From IMG/VR virus record IMGVR_UViG_3300021387_000688: a stretch of 64,000 nt of DNA. One strand, written 5' to 3'. The DNA is from a virus. Taxonomy: Duplodnaviria; Caudoviricetes. The notes beneath the pieces were generated by a model. The model saw only the letters and a program-made list of their open reading frames with translations, searched no databases and was not told the DNA's origin. The position numbers were made by a program, and so were the translations under genes. Shown here one piece after another: positions 1 to 9,672 of the stretch (its first letter is position 1; each line of letters starts with the position of its first letter).

Positions 1-2
1 AA

Positions 3-164
3 CTCAGCCCTGAAGATAAAAGTTATCTTAAGGATTTGTTGCAAAAGGAAGAAAGGATAGATTTTGAAGAGGGGGACAACACTGAAATTCAACTTTCCGT
101 TTTAGATAGAGCTTATGAACATCTAAGAATGGATAATGTAGATCGTAGTTATTTCAATAAATAG
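3..164 (+). CDS. 3' end of hypothetical protein (partial)
   Basis: Open frame LSPEDKSYL...RMDNVDRSYFNK, TAG at 162-164, followed by a terminator. Confidence 0.75.
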   Translation, partial: LSPEDKSYLKDLLQKEERIDFEEGDNTEIQLSVLDRAYEHLRMDNVDRSYFNK

Positions 165-270
165 TAATAAAAAGCTCCTCGAAAGAGGAGCTTTTATATT
201 GCCCGAAATTGTTTACTCTCCTTTTATTTTATTCTTCGGATAGAAATAATTACGATCTACATTATCCATT
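128..270. repeat. 28-bp inverted repeat (128-155 / 243-270, 27/28 identical)
   Basis: AATGGATAATGTAGATCGTAGTTATTTC versus reverse complement of GAAATAATTACGATCTACATTATCCATT. Confidence 0.9.
170..195. terminator. Bidirectional intrinsic terminator
   Basis: AAAAGCTCCTC-GAAA-GAGGAGCTTTT between convergent genes. Confidence 0.85.
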
Positions 271-302
271 ATCTATTTTATTATAAGGCCTTCTTGATTC
301 TG

Positions 303-698
303 TTATAGAATCTTTTTAAAAGGTACATCTATAAGGGAATCCGAACCCGACTTTTTAAAAGTAAAACCTAAAATACCGGTTTGCTTATCATAACTTCTGA
401 GCATTATACCAGAATATATTTCCTTTATTTCTTTTATATTTCCAAGTCTTTGTGCAATTATCCTTGCAACGTTTTTTGGGAAACAATAGCGTACCCCGTT
501 TTTATAAACGAAAAGGTTATCAAAATCTATTAAAATTTTTACATCTGAAGGTGCATTCCTTACCCTTCTAACTGTAGTTTCCCCGTCTTCAAACTTTACT
601 AAGATTACTTTATTACCTTCTTCAATAACCCCATTTATTATTTCTTTTATTTGTTCTTGAATACCTGGCTTTCTAGAAAGCCACTTTAAGTTTTTCAT
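303..698 (-). CDS. Hypothetical protein
   Basis: 131-aa ORF with AAGGAG RBS. Confidence 0.8.
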   Translation of the reverse strand: MKNLKWLSRKPGIQEQIKEIINGVIEEGNKVILVKFEDGETTVRRVRNAPSDVKILIDFDNLFVYKNGVRYCFPKNVARIIAQRLGNIKEIKEIYSGIMLRSYDKQTGILGFTFKKSGSDSLIDVPFKKIL

Positions 699-740
699 TA
701 TAATATCTCCTTTATAGTTCGGTAAATTAAGTATAAAAAT

Positions 741-763
741 AGCTCCTCTTTCGAGGAGCTTTT
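741..763. terminator. Intrinsic terminator
   Basis: AGCTCCTC-TTTC-GAGGAGCT, exact reverse complement of the 173-192 hairpin. Confidence 0.8.
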
Positions 764-782
764 ATTTTAGATATTTTAATTT

Positions 783-1136
783 TTAGTCATCCCAGTCTTC
801 AACAGAACATTCGCCGGAATTGTACAAATAGCTTCCGTCTGGGCGCTTAATGTAGTAGATATAATCCTGCCCATCGCAATCAGTCATTGCGGTAACAATT
901 TCATCTACATCAGTTTCGCCTTTGATGTAAAGATCTTCGAGTTCATCTTCGTCGTAACCTTCTTCAAGGGCTTCTTCTCTTGAATTAAAGAACTCATCAT
1001 CTCCTACATAAAGTGACAAATGTTCTGCGACTTTCTTAAGTGCCTCGAAATCGTCTTCGGCAGAGAATTTAGCAGTACTAGTAGCACCACCTTCGTAGCG
1101 CTCATAAACTTCATAACTAACTTCGTATTTGTCCAT
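783..1136 (-). CDS. Acidic hypothetical protein
   Basis: 117 aa, very D/E rich, GAGG RBS, own promoter at 1157-1191. Confidence 0.85.
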   Translation of the reverse strand: MDKYEVSYEVYERYEGGATSTAKFSAEDDFEALKKVAEHLSLYVGDDEFFNSREEALEEGYDEDELEDLYIKGETDVDEIVTAMTDCDGQDYIYYIKRPDGSYLYNSGECSVEDWDD

Positions 1137-1156
1137 AACTATTACCTCTTAATAAT

Positions 1157-1191
1157 AATATAGTTAAACCCAGAAACTAAAGTTTCTATTA
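1157..1191 (-). promoter_or_regulatory. Early-type promoter
   Basis: TAATAGAAA-N20-TATATT. Confidence 0.55.
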
Positions 1192-2307
1192 ATATCCATA
1201 AGCATTTGCACGAGCTGTAGCAAACTGACCGGAGATATTAGACATAGCTTCTTCTGTAGCTTCCCAATCTCCATTATGTTCAATTACCCATTTCTTAAAC
1301 TCTTTCTTAGAATTGAAAGGAGTCTTATCTCCATATCTACCATATGCTAAACTCTTTGCATACTTTTTAAGTAATTCTAAATCTTCTTCATTAATTCCTG
1401 CATCTTTTTGAAGTTTATCAAATTTGCCATTGAATCCTGAAAAGCAAGAATATAATGAGAACTCATCATAATTCTTATCAGCTGCAATTCCAAACTTAGC
1501 TTTACGAGCATCTCTACGAGCTATTTCTTCTGCATCTTCATCGTGAACTCTCTTAGCATAATTCTGACGGGTAGCTTTATTTCCCCTATAAGGCACCTGA
1601 TCCTGTACGTAATCTCTATCATCATCTAGTGAATCAAATTCAGGATCGAACTCTTCTCCTGGATGCTTTTCTTTCCACTTAGCAAGGCCTTCTTCTGAAG
1701 GAACTTTATAACCATGTGCATCTTTTTTATAGAAAGTCTTAGTAACTTTATCCATGCTACTAACCTTTCTACCTATTGTTTTAATGTTATCTGGATTATC
1801 CCAATTTTCAATTTCATCAGTAGGTACTCTTAAAATCTTTCGATGTGAAAGAGAATCATCCTCATAACTTCTATATTCTGTCATCTTGGCGTAGCCAGTA
1901 GATTCAATTTTCTTTATATAATTTTCCCCTTGGCTACCTGGGAAAGTTTTTTTGATTTGAGTTTTAGTGAGAGCGTTACCAAATTCATCTACTGGATATA
2001 AATATACAAACATCCTATCTGGATTGTTATAAGTATGCTCATAATTCTCATCTAGGAATTGAACCTCCATAACTTCCCACCATTGATGTTTTGTATTTGG
2101 GGCATCCCCTTCCTCGTCCCCGTAAGGGTCAATGAGGTCCCCTTCTCTAATGTCGGTAAGGTTACAAGTATAAGCTATATCATCAAGAGACTGGTCGAAC
2201 TTAGCTTTAATAACTTTTGTTCTATAATGATCATCTCTTTCAGAACCACTAGCTCTAACGAACGGCTTATATTTTTTCTTATCTGCCTCTGTAATGTACT
2301 TTCTCAT
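1189..2307 (-). CDS. Putative capsid-packaged internal protein
   Basis: N-terminus MRKYITE-A resembles a T4-type capsid-targeting/cleavage leader; AAGGAG RBS. Confidence 0.55.
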   Translation of the reverse strand: MRKYITEADKKKYKPFVRASGSERDDHYRTKVIKAKFDQSLDDIAYTCNLTDIREGDLIDPYGDEEGDAPNTKHQWWEVMEVQFLDENYEHTYNNPDRMFVYLYPVDEFGNALTKTQIKKTFPGSQGENYIKKIESTGYAKMTEYRSYEDDSLSHRKILRVPTDEIENWDNPDNIKTIGRKVSSMDKVTKTFYKKDAHGYKVPSEEGLAKWKEKHPGEEFDPEFDSLDDDRDYVQDQVPYRGNKATRQNYAKRVHDEDAEEIARRDARKAKFGIAADKNYDEFSLYSCFSGFNGKFDKLQKDAGINEEDLELLKKYAKSLAYGRYGDKTPFNSKKEFKKWVIEHNGDWEATEEAMSNISGQFATARANAYGY

Positions 2308-2317
2308 TTATATCTCC

Positions 2318-3337
2318 TTAAAACTGATCTGTAACGTTTTCATTAGTTTTCTTATCAATGATTTCAAATTTTGTAGGATTCTTTGTTCTTCTTTTTCTCA
2401 ACCAAGCTACTGCTTCTTTAACATCTTCTTCCTCTACGCAAACCCAAGCCGCAGCTCTATCATCTACCCAATCTTCAGGATCTGCACCAGTTTCTCTTCT
2501 TCCATTGTTTTCAAATATAGACTGAATTGGTTCCCAAATGTTTCTAGAATTTCTTGTATAGAAATCTTGATTCAAGTAAACAATTAATTGATAAGTATTT
2601 GGATCATAATCTTTTGCATATTCACCTGTTGCTAGTTTGTTGGCAACATTTAATACATACCACATAGCTGCATCTTCATAACCTGTACCATTACCTTTCG
2701 ATCCATTAGCGGCTTCTACAGTGAAGTTTAGGTTTTTATCAAATGCAAAGGTTGCAAGCTCTTCATCAGATTCGGAACCAATAAACAAGATTGTATAATC
2801 TTTTGAATCGGACCATACATCGAATAATGATTCCCCATAGATATCATATTGTTCGCTAAAATCTATAAATTTACATTTATCTGTTTTGAAAGCTAATCTT
2901 AACTGCTTTCTTAAAGCATACATATTAGCTACAAAAGTATCTCCTGGATTAGGATTGTTTTGCATTAATAAAAATTGACGGCCTTTTCGGGCGCGTTCAT
3001 TTACATGTTCGTATTCACTGTCTTTGAATAAATTAGAATGGTCGATAGCTTTCTTTATAAGTTCATCTAAATCTTTATCCAAATCTTCTTCAATAGTTGG
3101 ATGTACGGTTGTGTCATTATAAACATCCATACCTATATCAAACTTTGGGGAAATTATTTTTACTTCTAGTCTATTGTCATGATATTTACTTGCTACAAGA
3201 CTTAAACCCCAAGCATCGCAATATTCGTCCATATCAGACCAAATACCAAAACTATTACAAACATCTTTGAAATGAGCTCTCATTTCTTTGAGATTCCATT
3301 CACCTGTTTCACTGTTATAAAAATCTCTAAACTGCAT
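2318..3337 (-). CDS. Hypothetical protein, putative late/virion
   Basis: 339 aa, downstream of ACTAATTT at 3360-3367. Confidence 0.6.
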   Translation of the reverse strand: MQFRDFYNSETGEWNLKEMRAHFKDVCNSFGIWSDMDEYCDAWGLSLVASKYHDNRLEVKIISPKFDIGMDVYNDTTVHPTIEEDLDKDLDELIKKAIDHSNLFKDSEYEHVNERARKGRQFLLMQNNPNPGDTFVANMYALRKQLRLAFKTDKCKFIDFSEQYDIYGESLFDVWSDSKDYTILFIGSESDEELATFAFDKNLNFTVEAANGSKGNGTGYEDAAMWYVLNVANKLATGEYAKDYDPNTYQLIVYLNQDFYTRNSRNIWEPIQSIFENNGRRETGADPEDWVDDRAAAWVCVEEEDVKEAVAWLRKRRTKNPTKFEIIDKKTNENVTDQF

Positions 3338-3378
3338 TTGGATAAAAACCTCTTTTATAAAATTAGTAAGTCCAATAA

Positions 3379-3409
3379 AAAAGGTATCTCCTTTTAAGAG
3401 ATACCTTTT
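3379..3409. terminator. Intrinsic terminator
   Basis: AAGGTATCTC-7nt-GAGATACCTT with A/T tails. Confidence 0.85.
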
Positions 3410-3429
3410 AGTTTTTTATCTAATTTGCA

Positions 3430-5499
3430 TTAAGCAAACAAGTCCAACAACATTTCCTTAGTTGGATTTGAGAAATCCAAGTAGTTTGGAAGTTTAGTTT
3501 CAACCTCTGAAGGAGGAAGAATCTTTACTTCAACATAATCTGGAAGCTCTGCATCTGGATTCTTATCAAGCATGTCTTTGATCATCTCAACTTTAGCAAA
3601 TGCTTCTTCTGAAGAAATGCCGTCAATGTTGATTTTATATTCCTTAATAGGTGCATTTAACATTTCAGGAGTAACTTTCTTCCAACCTGCTTCTTTCAAA
3701 ATATCTTCAAGATCCACAAAGGAATCCATCTTAACCTGATTTGCCTTCTGAACGATATCAGAAGCTTTACCACTTACACGGCAGTTACCTGACTGGAGTA
3801 CAGTAAAGTACAACTTGTTGTTGTGTACATATCCGATGTTCTTCTGTCCCTGCTCATCAAAATCCATCATTGCATCAAATACAATGTTGTTAGGATCGCA
3901 CATACAAATGCCTCTTTCACGACGTCCGTAACCGCCACCAATATAGTTATTAATTTTTGTTTCCATGTTTTCACGAGCTACGAACAATCGGAACTTAGAT
4001 CCTGGGTTACCATTAAACTTATTCAAAGTCAAAAGACCGTCCTTAGCAGTTTTCTTCATATAGAAGAGCTCTGCAGCTTCTGGATCTGCGTTTGTCATAT
4101 CTCCAGAATAGATTGGCTGATCTTTTCCTCCACCATAGCTGTAACACCAACCGTAAGAGTTTCCATTTACGTCACAGTAGTGAAGATCGAAGTCACGAGT
4201 ACCCCATTCGTTACGCCAGTAAACACCCACTACGTTATCCTTGTCTCCAAAGTCAACATTTGTGCCCATTGGGAAGTTTCCAATGAAGTTCTTTTCTGAA
4301 GTAGGGCAAGCAATATGCAAAGCATCTGGGATGTAATAGAAACCGCCCTTAGCTTTCAAAGCTTCTACCAAAGACTCTCTCAATACACCGTACAACTGAG
4401 TCAAGTAAACAACATTGACGTGTGGTTTATAACCTTCGCGGATAAACATCTTTCCATTACGGATCACATACATCTTACCTTCAATTTCCTTTCCGGTAAG
4501 GCGTTCCATAATAGACTGCATCAACTGTACTTTTCTGAAGTTGTTCAAGCTACCAACGTTAGCTTTAGCTGTATTGATAAGCTGCACAAAGTCCTTTCCA
4601 TTGTCGTTCATACAAGATTCCCAGAAACCAATTTTCAATGGAGTATGGTTCTTAACGGCCAAACGACGAATCTTGTTTACATATTTAGCGTTATCGCCAT
4701 AACCCTTCATTGCAAGGAACAATGGCTTGTAACGATAGAAGATACGAGAAAGTGCCTTAAGCTGAACATCTGACAAAATTGCCAAATCGAAATCTTTTCC
4801 TGTACCAAATCCGTTCTTATGCTGGATAGAATAGATGGTAGCAGTATCCTTAATCAAGGAAGTCTTTTCAGTGTAACGATAGATGATACATCTCAAAAGA
4901 CCAAATTCATCCTTTGGATATTTCTTCAAAAGGGAAGCAATTACAGCCTGAGCTTCTTTGTTTTTAATCAAATCTGTATCTACAGAATCGAGGAATTTGT
5001 ATTCCTTCAAAAATTCAATACAAACATTGATTGTATCAGATTTCATAGCTGCACCGGATGCAAACATCTTCAAAATCAAATCGCGGATTTCTTCTGGGGT
5101 TGCAACTTTAATAACTTTAAACTTGTTGTATGGGATAACAATTGGCTGTTCATTTGGAACATAACCGTTGCCTTTTACATTGTACTCAATCTGAACAGTA
5201 GAGTCAGTCATCTCCTGGAGCAAAGTTGCATTGTCAACAGTACCGTAAGTAGATGCATAATGACGAATCTGATCAAGATACAATTCAAAACGAGATTTAG
5301 AAGTAATATCTGTCCAAGTCTTGTAGAAGGTGGAGTTTGGATTCATCTTCATTTCACGAAGAAATGCCAAAACATCTTCGGTTGCACAAGCAGGGTCAAC
5401 TACGTAGCCAGCCTTCAAACCAGCTTCTGCAATCTTTTCATAAGAAACTTCGTTGCCTGCCAATGCGCAATTAAACATGCCAATAATTTTTGTATTCAT
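3430..5499 (-). CDS. Large protein with C-terminal TerD-like domain
   Basis: Motifs VGVYW...DFDLH...YSGDMTNA...AAELF; AAGGAG RBS. Confidence 0.55.
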   Translation of the reverse strand: MNTKIIGMFNCALAGNEVSYEKIAEAGLKAGYVVDPACATEDVLAFLREMKMNPNSTFYKTWTDITSKSRFELYLDQIRHYASTYGTVDNATLLQEMTDSTVQIEYNVKGNGYVPNEQPIVIPYNKFKVIKVATPEEIRDLILKMFASGAAMKSDTINVCIEFLKEYKFLDSVDTDLIKNKEAQAVIASLLKKYPKDEFGLLRCIIYRYTEKTSLIKDTATIYSIQHKNGFGTGKDFDLAILSDVQLKALSRIFYRYKPLFLAMKGYGDNAKYVNKIRRLAVKNHTPLKIGFWESCMNDNGKDFVQLINTAKANVGSLNNFRKVQLMQSIMERLTGKEIEGKMYVIRNGKMFIREGYKPHVNVVYLTQLYGVLRESLVEALKAKGGFYYIPDALHIACPTSEKNFIGNFPMGTNVDFGDKDNVVGVYWRNEWGTRDFDLHYCDVNGNSYGWCYSYGGGKDQPIYSGDMTNADPEAAELFYMKKTAKDGLLTLNKFNGNPGSKFRLFVARENMETKINNYIGGGYGRRERGICMCDPNNIVFDAMMDFDEQGQKNIGYVHNNKLYFTVLQSGNCRVSGKASDIVQKANQVKMDSFVDLEDILKEAGWKKVTPEMLNAPIKEYKINIDGISSEEAFAKVEMIKDMLDKNPDAELPDYVEVKILPPSEVETKLPNYLDFSNPTKEMLLDLFA

Positions 5500-5561
5500 T
5501 CTTTTCTCCTTTCGGGTAGTAAAAACCGAACTACCTATGAAATTAATTTTATTATTTATTC

Positions 5562-5596
5562 AATATAGCAAATTCTGTATAAAACATTTTCTAACT
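5562..5596 (-). promoter_or_regulatory. Early-type promoter
   Basis: AGTTAGAAA-N20-TATATT with TG extension. Confidence 0.7.
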
Positions 5597-5899
5597 TGCT
5601 AAAATCATAAAACAAACAAAAGATAAGTTTTCTTCTACATCGGATACAAAATCCGTTAACGGACCTTTATTCTTGTACATCCATTCTTTAGCTTTTTGCA
5701 AATCTTGAAAGTATGCATTGTTAGTAATAGATACTTGAACATTGGGGGCAAAATCTCCGTCCGGAACTGGTAATTCTGCATACCCTTCAATATCTGTATT
5801 AAAGAAATGATGCTTCATTTCTGACTTAACAATACTTCTTAATTCTTTAAATTTTTCTTTAGAAGGATCTGCAGGGTCCAAATAAAAGTTTAACGTCAT
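5591..5899 (-). CDS. Hypothetical protein
   Basis: Start moved to MTLNFY (GAGGAG RBS, ATGA overlap). Confidence 0.75.
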   Translation of the reverse strand: MTLNFYLDPADPSKEKFKELRSIVKSEMKHHFFNTDIEGYAELPVPDGDFAPNVQVSITNNAYFQDLQKAKEWMYKNKGPLTDFVSDVEENLSFVCFMILAS

Positions 5900-6690
5900 T
5901 TCAATAACTCCTCTTCGCTTTGGCAAATCTTTAAGAAACTTGCATACATTTTATTTGTATTAATAGGAGCAAGATATTTACCGGTTGGTTTACCATCTTT
6001 ATCTAAGATAGGGTACTTTCCTTCTTTGTCTGGAATAATATAATTAACTTTACCTTTTATAATACTGCCATCGTTTTCAAAGTAAATTGAATTTAAGTAT
6101 TCTGCTTTTTCAATACGACGTCTAGCATTATATTCCCAATCTGGAAATTGTTCAAAGTCTTCATAAACTGCCACGGTAGGGTATCTTCCTTGATCCCAAA
6201 AAACCCTTTGACTTCTAAAATCCGAAGAAATTAACATTAAACAAATTGCAGCAATTCCCCCTACAATCCAAGAAAGAATACAATAACCTATCCAACTCTC
6301 GCTATGGTTACAATTCAAATCATCTAACCATTCTGAAATCTTTCCGATTTTTTGCACAAACTTTCTATTAGCTCGTGCTTTATATTTTTCCAATTGTTCA
6401 TAATCGGATTCCAATTCTGGATACTTTTCAGCCCTTTGTTCTTTAGTTATTTCAATAACTTCACCTTTCTCATTTTTAGATTCATAAGAATCATATTCGT
6501 AGAAATGACTAAACCAAAAAGTATTGTACTTACTAGTAAGATTTCCTAGGAAATTGTCGTAAGGTTTTCCAAAACTTTTTACCCACTTATCAAATAAAGG
6601 TGCAAGAATCATTTTAATAAAAATCAATGCAACAGGGATAATAAAAATCCATGCAATAAGTAAATGACGATGATATGCTACGTAATCCAT
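5896..6690 (-). CDS. Membrane protein (2 TM)
   Basis: Two hydrophobic helices; start MDYVA after GGAG. Confidence 0.75.
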   Translation of the reverse strand: MDYVAYHRHLLIAWIFIIPVALIFIKMILAPLFDKWVKSFGKPYDNFLGNLTSKYNTFWFSHFYEYDSYESKNEKGEVIEITKEQRAEKYPELESDYEQLEKYKARANRKFVQKIGKISEWLDDLNCNHSESWIGYCILSWIVGGIAAICLMLISSDFRSQRVFWDQGRYPTVAVYEDFEQFPDWEYNARRRIEKAEYLNSIYFENDGSIIKGKVNYIIPDKEGKYPILDKDGKPTGKYLAPINTNKMYASFLKICQSEEELLK

Positions 6691-6691
6691 T

Positions 6692-7252
6692 TTAAACTCC
6701 AAATTTTACATCATAAAGATTTTGACTAGTTTTTCTTTCAAGCTTGTCAATTCTTTCAAGAAGGGCTGCAATAATTTCAAGCTCAAACCAATCGGGATTC
6801 ATATTACCATTAGGATGAGCGTTTTTTGCATTATCAATAATCTGTTGCGCCTCTTCCAATTTTTCCTGGTGGTATTTTTCTTCTCTTATCTTTTTTCTTT
6901 CTGCAATCATCTCTTCTATTTTAGGAACAACATACTTTTGATGATTTTCGAAATCGACATCGGGATGGCATGGCCAAAAAGCAGATGGTTCAAAATCCGC
7001 TTGCTGAATAGACCATTTTGCAAATTCCTCTGCATCCTTTTCAGAGAAGTTTGTATTCAAATCTTTTTTATAACACTCATAACAAAGCCCTTTATACCTA
7101 GGGTTTGCTATTTCCCATATCATTGTTTGGGTTTCTGATTTATACATTGTGCCGCAAGCAATGCATTTAATTACTTTCTCAGGTTCATCAAAAAGATGGT
7201 TGTTTGGGTCCCAAAGTGGAATGGCGGCTCCTGGTTTATCACTCAAAGGCAT
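6692..7252 (-). CDS. Hypothetical zinc-binding protein
   Basis: CIAC...CYEC pair. Confidence 0.7.
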   Translation of the reverse strand: MPLSDKPGAAIPLWDPNNHLFDEPEKVIKCIACGTMYKSETQTMIWEIANPRYKGLCYECYKKDLNTNFSEKDAEEFAKWSIQQADFEPSAFWPCHPDVDFENHQKYVVPKIEEMIAERKKIREEKYHQEKLEEAQQIIDNAKNAHPNGNMNPDWFELEIIAALLERIDKLERKTSQNLYDVKFGV

Positions 7253-7979
7253 CTGTATTCTCCTTTATAAGTTTATATTCTTGATAATAACTTTCAGCTT
7301 CTGTAACGGCTTCTTCTATAGTGTATACTGTATTGATTTCACTCTTGCCAAAACTATTTACAGCTACAATATTATAGGAATGTATACTGGTTTCTGCAAT
7401 AATTAATTCATCTCCTGCTCTCATATCTTTACGATAAAGTGCGAGGCGACCTTCAAGCATCATCATAGGAGTGTAGTAAGTTTTTACAATTGTTTTAGCC
7501 GGCTGATCAATTTCATTTATTCTTTTTTTAATTTCTGAAGCCGCATCAATTGTATTCATAATCCTTTTAGTAGAATCTTTTACATTTTCTTTACTTACCT
7601 TGTTTAGACCTTTTTCAAAGTTTGCAATATCTTCACGAGTAGCGGCTTCTTCCAAAGAAAGAATCTTTTCATACAGTTCTTTTTCATATTCGGAGTTTGG
7701 ATTACTCTTTATAAGGAGCCTCATCATAAGGTCCATCTTCTTTGTCATATCTTTCAATCTTAATTTGGTTTGAAAATCATATGCACAAAAAATCATGAGC
7801 CCGAAAAAGAATGAGCCATTAATTAGATTTACAATAAGTTTCAATTCATTGTTTTCAATCTTAAGAGCGTGGAACATATCTAATACCCAAAACACCCCAA
7901 AGAAAACGGATAGAAACACATAACTGAGATAGCCTCTCAAATAGGCCCATATAGGGTTTTTCTCTTTCTTATTCTTCAT
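7239..7979 (-). CDS. Membrane protein (2 N-terminal TM), leaderless
   Basis: Hydrophobic N-terminus; ATG 6 nt after TATATT. Confidence 0.75.
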   Translation of the reverse strand: MKNKKEKNPIWAYLRGYLSYVFLSVFFGVFWVLDMFHALKIENNELKLIVNLINGSFFFGLMIFCAYDFQTKLRLKDMTKKMDLMMRLLIKSNPNSEYEKELYEKILSLEEAATREDIANFEKGLNKVSKENVKDSTKRIMNTIDAASEIKKRINEIDQPAKTIVKTYYTPMMMLEGRLALYRKDMRAGDELIIAETSIHSYNIVAVNSFGKSEINTVYTIEEAVTEAESYYQEYKLIKENTDAFE

Positions 7980-7985
7980 ATTGAT

Positions 7986-8020
7986 AATATAGAAATGTAC
8001 AATTTATTTATTGACTAAAT
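7986..8020 (-). promoter_or_regulatory. Early-type promoter, leaderless
   Basis: ATTTAGTCA-N20-TATATT-N6-ATG. Confidence 0.7.
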
Positions 8021-8021
8021 A
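8014..8021 (+). promoter_or_regulatory. Late-type promoter
   Basis: ACTAAATA, overlapping the opposite-strand upstream box. Confidence 0.55.
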
Positions 8022-8050
8022 ATTTATGTTTGTTTTAAAGGGGATACAAA

Positions 8051-8656
8051 ATGTTTTACAACCAAAAGGATATTTATCAAAAATATTCAGAGCCACCTTT
8101 ACCTCATTTAATAGATGGTGACGATGTAAATGGGGTTCATGTTGTAGACGAGTCTGCTTTAAAAACAATAAACGGTATTCAAAAACATAAAGACAGTGTA
8201 AAAAGTAAAGTAGCATATCTCTCTAATAAATTAAAGGAGAGAGCCGAAAAGCACGACAATTCTAAATTAGAACACCCTGAAATCGATTGGCTTATTGAAA
8301 TGGATAGAGAACCTAGATACCCTTATGGTTCTCCTGAATACTTTGATAAAATGAAGAGATGGAATAAATTCTTCCAACACCATTATGCTAATAATAGGCA
8401 CCATCCAGATCATTTCCCAAACGGGATAAATGATATGAACCTTGTTGATCTATGCGAATATTGTTGTGACATTATTTCTTATTATGATGAGATGCATCCA
8501 AAAGATGCAATTAAAACAATTGAAGCTCAAAAGGAAAGATTCGGATTTGATCCTCAATTAACATATATATTAAAAAATACTTTATTGGATTACTTTACAT
8601 ACTTAGGCAATTTTGAACCTAAGTATGTAACAGCTACTAAAAAGAAAGAGGATTAA
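8051..8656 (+). CDS. DUF5662-like HD-type phosphohydrolase
   Basis: HKDSV...KHDNSKL...HHYANNRHHPDH...MNLVDLCEYCCD. Confidence 0.7.
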   Translation: MFYNQKDIYQKYSEPPLPHLIDGDDVNGVHVVDESALKTINGIQKHKDSVKSKVAYLSNKLKERAEKHDNSKLEHPEIDWLIEMDREPRYPYGSPEYFDKMKRWNKFFQHHYANNRHHPDHFPNGINDMNLVDLCEYCCDIISYYDEMHPKDAIKTIEAQKERFGFDPQLTYILKNTLLDYFTYLGNFEPKYVTATKKKED

Positions 8657-9216
8657 TCTTCTATATATTTTTTAGAAATTGTTAAATTTGGATAACGTTT
8701 AGTCATTTGCTCAATGTAATCATCTAAACGGCCTTCACCTATAAAAGACATAAACTCATCGTACTGCCAATCTATAACAGTAGGATAATTTTTTCCTTCT
8801 TTGTAAACTGGTTCAAGAGTTTTACTTCTTTCTCGGCCCTTACCTAAATCCGCTTTTACTCTTTCTTTACAAGCTTCTGGATCTTCGGAAGCCTTAAATA
8901 TCAACAACTTTAAATCCAAGCCATTATCCTTAACTAATGGCATACAAGTATTGATTATATCTGTAAGGTATTTTGCTTTAAGATTTGTATTAGAACAATA
9001 TACAGGAATATTCAATTCTGTAAAATGTTGTAATTCATCGTGGAATACAATTGCAACATCTTTCTCATGGTCTAAATCAGAAATGTTACCGGTGATTTCT
9101 TTTCTAATTTCATCCTTGTTTATTTCTTGAACTGAAGGATTAATATCGTGTTTTAATATTTTGTAATAATGACTTTTACCGCTACCTGAAATACCTATAG
9201 ACGCATATACTAACAT
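8653..9216 (-). CDS. P-loop kinase, polynucleotide-kinase-like (AAA_33)
   Basis: GISGSGKS Walker A, INKDEIR, NTNL, CKERV. Confidence 0.75.
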   Translation of the reverse strand: MLVYASIGISGSGKSHYYKILKHDINPSVQEINKDEIRKEITGNISDLDHEKDVAIVFHDELQHFTELNIPVYCSNTNLKAKYLTDIINTCMPLVKDNGLDLKLLIFKASEDPEACKERVKADLGKGRERSKTLEPVYKEGKNYPTVIDWQYDEFMSFIGEGRLDDYIEQMTKRYPNLTISKKYIED

Positions 9217-9230
9217 TTATAACCTCTTTT

Positions 9231-9431
9231 TTAATTTAGTACTTTGGTTAAGGTTTCAGGATTGCAGAAAGGGCAACATCTTATAACATATCTTGTGCCT
9301 GTTTTAGAAAAATATACTACCCGTCGGATGTTTTCTGTAAAGTAATTTTTGCAACAGACATCGCACATCTCAGTTACCTTTGGAGGTTCTGATTTTGCAA
9401 CGTTGCTAGATTCCCCAAATGGCCAACCCAT
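9231..9431 (-). CDS. Small zinc-ribbon protein
   Basis: CDVC...CPFC. Confidence 0.65.
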   Translation of the reverse strand: MGWPFGESSNVAKSEPPKVTEMCDVCCKNYFTENIRRVVYFSKTGTRYVIRCCPFCNPETLTKVLN

Positions 9432-9445
9432 ACCTTTACTCCTTT

Positions 9446-9670
9446 TTAATTATTAAGTCTAAACCCGCCTTTCAACTTTTCATGGTACTCATCTCTCTTT
9501 TTGATATGATGCTTGTGACTCCAAGTTAACCCCGCTATAAGGAAGCCAACCCAAAGACCTATTACAAATCCATACCCTTGTATAGGTTCTCCATCTCCTG
9601 CAATCATTCCACCGAACAGGAAGATACCCATCACTGTACCTAATATATAACCGATTAGATATCTAAGCAT
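9446..9670 (-). CDS. Small membrane protein
   Basis: Two TM helices; GGAGG RBS. Confidence 0.75.
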   Translation of the reverse strand: MLRYLIGYILGTVMGIFLFGGMIAGDGEPIQGYGFVIGLWVGFLIAGLTWSHKHHIKKRDEYHEKLKGGFRLNN

Positions 9671-9672
9671 CT

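Noticed and set aside
3823-5568. Plus-strand ORFs 3823..4299, 4315..4773, 4819..5568 and similar ones (e.g. 19228..19737, 59591..60217)
   Set aside because: Antisense shadows of well-supported genes; no RBS and F/I/L/S-rich composition.
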